NCBI GenBank assembly: GCA_016295005.1
Contig: JAEDMA010000001.1
Coordinates: forward strand, 1-47,157
Source of the DNA: Christensenellaceae bacterium
GTDB taxonomy: Bacteria > Bacillota > Clostridia > Christensenellales > Borkfalkiaceae
Length of the DNA: 47,157 nucleotides
Direction: 5' to 3'
A model generated the notes under the pieces. It was not told the origin of the DNA and did no database searches. It saw nothing but the letters and a program-made list of their open reading frames with translations. Numbering within the stretch: position 1 is the stretch's first letter; the number at the start of each line of letters is the position of its first letter. Position numbers and translations under genes: made by a program. Positions 43,250 to 47,157 of this stretch are shown in pieces.

Positions 43250-43522
43250 ATGGAAATATTACAACTTTTAATCAATTTTTTAACGAACGGCGCGGGCGAA
43301 AAATATAAAGGGTTATTAGACCTTTTCGTTAAAGATTCTTTCGACATAAAAAAGGTGCTGAAAGATATAACGCCCGATAAAATCGCCCCGATAATAAAAG
43401 ACTTTTTAAGCGATAAAAAATCCCCTGCGGCATACGCAGGGGAAAGCGTCGGTTTAAATCCTATCGCGAACGTCGCGGATAAGGACATCGTTTATACTTT
43501 AAACAAATATTTTTACGGTTGA
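43250..43522 (+). CDS. Hypothetical small protein (90 aa)
   Basis: An ORF divergent from the 42884-43177 gene. The SD is weak, and its 3' end overlaps the convergent S41 peptidase gene by 10 nt. Confidence 0.5.
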   Translation: MEILQLLINFLTNGAGEKYKGLLDLFVKDSFDIKKVLKDITPDKIAPIIKDFLSDKKSPAAYAGESVGLNPIANVADKDIVYTLNKYFYG

Positions 43523-44835
43523 GCGAGTATTTCGAGCGCTCTCGGAACGGAAAGAGACTCGTTTATAACCCCGTTCCCTTCCGTTGCGATAAACCCTACA
43601 CCGTGAATGGTAGTGGTTTCGTCGGGTTGGAAAATGTAATCGGTGGTAAGTTTAATGCCTTCGCCCGTAACGAAATTTCTGTAAGTGGTCTGCATTATGC
43701 CCTTACCGTAGGTGGTATATTTGCCGTCGTGTTCGGTGATTACCAGATTATCGAGAGTGAACGCCTTTTTATAGTACGCCATAGCGCCGATAAGGCATTC
43801 AGAAGCCGAAGCCGTGTTTCCGTCGGCTAACACGACGATTTTTTTTATATTTCTGTTAAAGTTATCGCCCGAAGCGGTAAAATAAGTTTTAACGTTGCGT
43901 TTGTTCTTAGAAACGGCTATTACCGGGCGTTTTTCGTTTTCGCTGTAAACTAAATAAGAAGCGATTTTCGTCAGAATATCCATCTGCCCGCCGCCGTTAC
44001 TTCTTAAATCGAGAATAAGTTTGGTTTTTCCCCTTTCTTTCATATAATCCATAGCGTAAGCGAATTGCTCGGCGGCGCCGCCCGAAAATTCGTCTAAACG
44101 AATGAATGCGGTGTCTGAGGGAAGTTCCGCCATACCGCCGATAAGTTCGACGGGTTCGGGGTCACTACCGTCGTCCGCGCGGAACGCGTAGGTTTTTTCG
44201 CTGTCTTTATAATAAACGTAACTTTCGACGTAAACTTCCTTTTGAACAAAGAAACTCATTTCTACGCCCTTTCTTGTAACCGTCAGCGAAAATTTTTCTT
44301 TTTCTTTAAATTTATTTATATATGCGAACAATTCTTCTCTATCTGTAAAGTTTATTCTTTCGCCGCTTTCGTTTAATCCCGCGACTATAACGTCGCCCTT
44401 TTCCATACCCGCTTTTTCTGCGGGAGAGTTACCCGACACGGCGAAAATCGATAAATCTTCGGAATAGATGTAAAAATATATGCCCGTCCCGTAGTTATTG
44501 CCTAAACTCGTGTAAACGACGTCGGTAAATTCCTGTTCGGTATAATAATCGGAATATTTATCGAGAAGGGTTTTAACTATCGCGTCGGCGTAATCTTCGT
44601 CGGTAAAGTTTTTGTACGTTCCCGTTTCCTCGTCGTAGTAGCAATAATTTTTGTCTATCATAGAGGTTACCCAGTTAAGACTGTTGGTTAAGTTGTTGTC
44701 GGCAAAATATCCCGCGGCGAACCCGCCGAAAAACGAGCATACGACGAGCAGAACGCAGATTATAACTATAAGCGTTTTTTTGTCTTTTTTTCTGCTGATT
44801 TCTTTTATTTCGGCAGAAGTTAAATCTTTTCTCAT
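43513..44835 (-). CDS. S41 family C-terminal processing peptidase (Ctp-like), membrane anchored
   Basis: An N-terminal TM helix, a PDZ-like segment GNSPAEKAGMEKGDVIV, and catalytic blocks LRSNGGGQ and TASASE. Confidence 0.88.
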   Translation of the reverse strand: MRKDLTSAEIKEISRKKDKKTLIVIICVLLVVCSFFGGFAAGYFADNNLTNSLNWVTSMIDKNYCYYDEETGTYKNFTDEDYADAIVKTLLDKYSDYYTEQEFTDVVYTSLGNNYGTGIYFYIYSEDLSIFAVSGNSPAEKAGMEKGDVIVAGLNESGERINFTDREELFAYINKFKEKEKFSLTVTRKGVEMSFFVQKEVYVESYVYYKDSEKTYAFRADDGSDPEPVELIGGMAELPSDTAFIRLDEFSGGAAEQFAYAMDYMKERGKTKLILDLRSNGGGQMDILTKIASYLVYSENEKRPVIAVSKNKRNVKTYFTASGDNFNRNIKKIVVLADGNTASASECLIGAMAYYKKAFTLDNLVITEHDGKYTTYGKGIMQTTYRNFVTGEGIKLTTDYIFQPDETTTIHGVGFIATEGNGVINESLSVPRALEILAQP

Positions 44836-44837
44836 AA

Positions 44838-45887
44838 TTATTTCACCATTTTGGAGAGTATCGCTATAAGTCTGAACGTCACCGCGTCGGAAAACTTACG
44901 TACGTTTAATCCCGTCAGCCTTTCGATTTTGTCTAATCTGTACATAAGAGTGTTTCTGTGAAGGTACAGTTTTCTCGAGGTTTCGCTTATGTTAAGGCTG
45001 TTACCCAAAAATTCTTCGGCGGTAACCACCATTTCTTCGTCGGCGAAAACTTCTCTCGCCCCTTCGTCCATTAAAACGTCTAAATATTCGTTGAGTTTGT
45101 GCTTGGGCAAATCTTCGAGTATTTTAACGAAAACGTAATCTTTGAAAGAATGTACGTCGCCCGAAGAACAAAGCGATTCGTCCGACCGACAAGCCGAAGT
45201 CGCCTGCAAAAAGGATACGCTTACGTCGAACACCGTTTTCACCACGCCGCCCAAATAAATTTTGGTTTTTATACCCGTTTCTTCGAAAAGGGAAAGCCTC
45301 AAAATCTCGGCGTATTCGCTTACCGAGCGGTATTCGGCGAAAACGTCGTCCGTGTATTTAACGAAAACGCAGCGATCGGCTTTTACTTTAACGGCGAAAT
45401 CTTTTCCCGTCGGCTGATAGTTCTGCAAAAACGCCATAACGTCTTCCGCTTTGCCGTTTTCCGCGTTTATAACCATTGCAACGCAGGGTTTTTCGGGCAG
45501 AACGTGCTTTTCGGCGTATTTTTTCATTCGGGAATAATTTATTTCGCCGAACACTATCGCCCTGCAAAAATCCGCAAACGAAATATCCGGTTCTTTGATC
45601 AGGAAACTACCTGCAAGATCGCTTATTAAAAGAGCGTAATTTTTTTCAGCATCGCCGCAGCCGTTGATTTTGCCTATATAATTTTTTTCTTTATGCGAAA
45701 CGGTAAAATAAGTTGCGTTGTTTTCCGCGTCGATTTTCACAGATTCCGTCCCGTGAGGCATATTGACGGATATGATTTCGGGGCTTTTGGTTTCCCCCGT
45801 TAAAAATCTGCCGTTTTCGGTGTACAAAGATAATTTTATACCCGTTCTTTCTTTGATATACTTTATAAATGCTTTTAATTCGTTCAT
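44838..45887 (-). CDS. PucR/CdaR-family transcriptional regulator
   Basis: The C-terminal PucR-type HTH NISETSRKLYLHRNTLMYRLDKIERLTG. Confidence 0.8.
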   Translation of the reverse strand: MNELKAFIKYIKERTGIKLSLYTENGRFLTGETKSPEIISVNMPHGTESVKIDAENNATYFTVSHKEKNYIGKINGCGDAEKNYALLISDLAGSFLIKEPDISFADFCRAIVFGEINYSRMKKYAEKHVLPEKPCVAMVINAENGKAEDVMAFLQNYQPTGKDFAVKVKADRCVFVKYTDDVFAEYRSVSEYAEILRLSLFEETGIKTKIYLGGVVKTVFDVSVSFLQATSACRSDESLCSSGDVHSFKDYVFVKILEDLPKHKLNEYLDVLMDEGAREVFADEEMVVTAEEFLGNSLNISETSRKLYLHRNTLMYRLDKIERLTGLNVRKFSDAVTFRLIAILSKMVK

Positions 45888-45939
45888 TTTTTATTCCTTT
45901 ACCGCCATTTTACACTAAAAGAGCGAAAATTACAATAAG

Positions 45940-46791
45940 TTATGCGAAAATACCGCAAAGCAGCAGTATATAACCCAAAACGATTGACGAAACGACGGTT
46001 ATCGCAAGAATCGCAAGACCTTTTTTACGCGTTTTTTTATCGCGGAATATCATTAAAATTCCTACGCCCGAATTTGCCGAAAGACCCGAAACGAGCCCCG
46101 CAAAACTCAACACCCCCGAAGTGTACGCTTCGGTTATGACTATCGACGAGCCGCAGTTAGGTATAAGCCCGATTAAACTTGCCGCGAGCGGCTGAAAATA
46201 AACGCTTCCCTGCAAAAAAGTTTTTATGTTTTCGCCGAAAAAGTAAAAGATTATTCCAAACAAAAGATTTACCGCGAAAATGTAAATAAACGTCACGAGA
46301 GTGTGTTTTAACGGGTGAAACAGCAGCCTGTCGATAAGCCTTTCGGCTTGTTCGCCGCATTCTTCGCACTTATTTTCTTCGGGACAAACGTGCGTGACGT
46401 TGAGATTTTTTTTCGCCGCGTTCACGATAAACCCTATTATCGCCGCGTAGGCGAACTTTACCCCGACAAGCGTTAAAATTTCCCACACGCTTACGCCGCT
46501 CGAAATAAGCACGACCAACCCTTCGTCGCTGGTGGAAAGAAACGCCGCAACGAGCGTTCCTGCGGTAATAAGTCCGCCGTCGTATAATTTTGCGCACATT
46601 ACCGAAAAGCCGCATTCGGGAATTATTCCCGTCGCCCCCGCAACCAGCGGAGCAAATTTCCCCGACAGCGCTTTTTCTATTTTGTTTTTGCTTTTAAGCC
46701 CTTCTAAGAGTTCCATTAAAAAGTAGATAAGAAACACGAAAGGTATTACTATTAAACTATCTTTTAAAGCGTCTAAAATAACGTCCCACAT
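45940..46791 (-). CDS. Putative metal permease of the ArsP_2 / DUF2899 type
   Basis: The N-terminus MWDVILDALKDSLIVIPFVFLIYFLMELLE, then IPECGFSVMCAKLY and FLSTSDE, which I recall as hallmarks of this family. There is also a central Cys-rich loop CPEENKCEECGE. Confidence 0.55.
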   Translation of the reverse strand: MWDVILDALKDSLIVIPFVFLIYFLMELLEGLKSKNKIEKALSGKFAPLVAGATGIIPECGFSVMCAKLYDGGLITAGTLVAAFLSTSDEGLVVLISSGVSVWEILTLVGVKFAYAAIIGFIVNAAKKNLNVTHVCPEENKCEECGEQAERLIDRLLFHPLKHTLVTFIYIFAVNLLFGIIFYFFGENIKTFLQGSVYFQPLAASLIGLIPNCGSSIVITEAYTSGVLSFAGLVSGLSANSGVGILMIFRDKKTRKKGLAILAITVVSSIVLGYILLLCGIFA

Positions 46792-47027
46792 ATTATCTCC
46801 TTTTATTATTCGGTACTCTGAGTTTTATAGTTACTTATTAAGTTTAAAACCAAACAAAATAAAATGCAAGCAAAAAAATAAAAAAATAGCCGATATCCCG
46901 AATTTTTTCGTCGGAAACGGTTTATAAACGCAAAACCACCTTTTTTTAAGTTCGGTTAAAGGATAATACAAGAAGTTACAAACTTGCTTGCAAGGGTTTG
47001 GAACTTCGCAGTATTTCAAGAGAGCGT

Positions 47028-47090
47028 GCAAATTTTTAGAATAAAAATTTGCGTGGGGCGATTAGCCCCGAAGTGTTCCCTGAACACTTC
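47028..47090. other. Three abutting perfect palindromes/hairpins upstream of the permease gene
   Basis: GCAAATTTTTA-gaa-TAAAAATTTGC (47028-47052), GGGGC-gatta-GCCCC (47055-47069) and GAAGTGTTC-cct-GAACACTTC (47070-47090). Confidence 0.5.
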
Positions 47091-47157
47091 TATGCTTATA
47101 TTATAATATCGAAAGTTTTATCTGAAAGCGCGCGAAGCGCATTTTCAAGGAAAACTG

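Noticed and set aside
46831-47031. 66-aa minus-strand ORF in the permease upstream region
   Set aside because: It has no SD, is AT-rich and low-complexity (Phe/Lys/Cys), and overlaps the palindromes. It is more likely part of a non-coding leader.
1-47157. Mobile elements, prophage, defence islands, CRISPR-Cas, rRNA and tRNA genes
   Set aside because: I found no integrase, transposase, recombinase or Cas-like ORFs, no terminal inverted repeats, no cloverleaf-compatible segments and no rRNA-like conserved blocks. Apart from the 3626-3947 spacer, gene content and composition are uniform core-genome type.

Overview
This window is about 47 kb of mostly housekeeping chromosome. The gene content looks like a spore-forming Firmicute (Clostridia-like): a spoIVFA/spoIVFB-like pair, Rrf2-NifS-NifU, RuvX-DUF1292, and an ECF RibU behind an FMN riboswitch. 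I call about 50 protein genes, roughly 90% on the minus strand.

Gene order from left to right:
- a partial secreted helical protein that runs off the 5' edge and is missing from the ORF track
- a MATE efflux pump and a GNAT acetyltransferase
- a feoA-feoA-feoB operon plus a small Cys-rich gene
- an ABC-2 exporter pair and an ArsR-like gene
- an envelope cluster: LRR lipoprotein, M1 peptidase, M23 peptidase with a (PDT)9 linker
- DUF1292, ruvX, nifU, nifS and an Rrf2 regulator
- an orphan alpha-oxoamine synthase
- hypothetical genes and a cyclophilin-like lipoprotein
- rpmG-secE-nusG-rplKAJL
- a spoIVFA/FB-like pair, ung and mntP
- ddl, a MurF-like gene, a hydrolase, rimI, tsaB and tsaE
- FMN riboswitch-ribU
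- rsfS, a nadD::yqeK fusion, yhbY, obg and nth
- DUF3343 and a class-V desulfurase
- an S41 peptidase, a PucR-type regulator and an ArsP_2-type permease

I found no rRNA, tRNA, CRISPR array, transposase, integrase or phage genes. Three real genes shorter than 60 aa are absent from the ORF track: a FeoB-associated Cys-rich protein, a YtxH-like protein and L33. At least ten promoters have an exact TTGACA, an exact 17-bp spacer and a TAnnnT -10 box.

I do not see a coherent multi-gene novel system such as a defence island. The observations most worth follow-up are:
- a MurF-type ligase whose N-terminal domain is replaced by a polytopic membrane domain
- twin perfect palindromic operators bracketing the feo promoter that match no metalloregulator box I know
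- a short leader ORF plus terminator in front of the GNAT gene
- an orphan serine-palmitoyltransferase-like enzyme
- a membrane-protein gene interrupted by one in-frame TAA
- an ArsR-like ORF with no stop codon before a terminator
- a strongly C-rich, G-poor 300-nt spacer

All calls come from reading the sequence and recalling family motifs. No searches were run.
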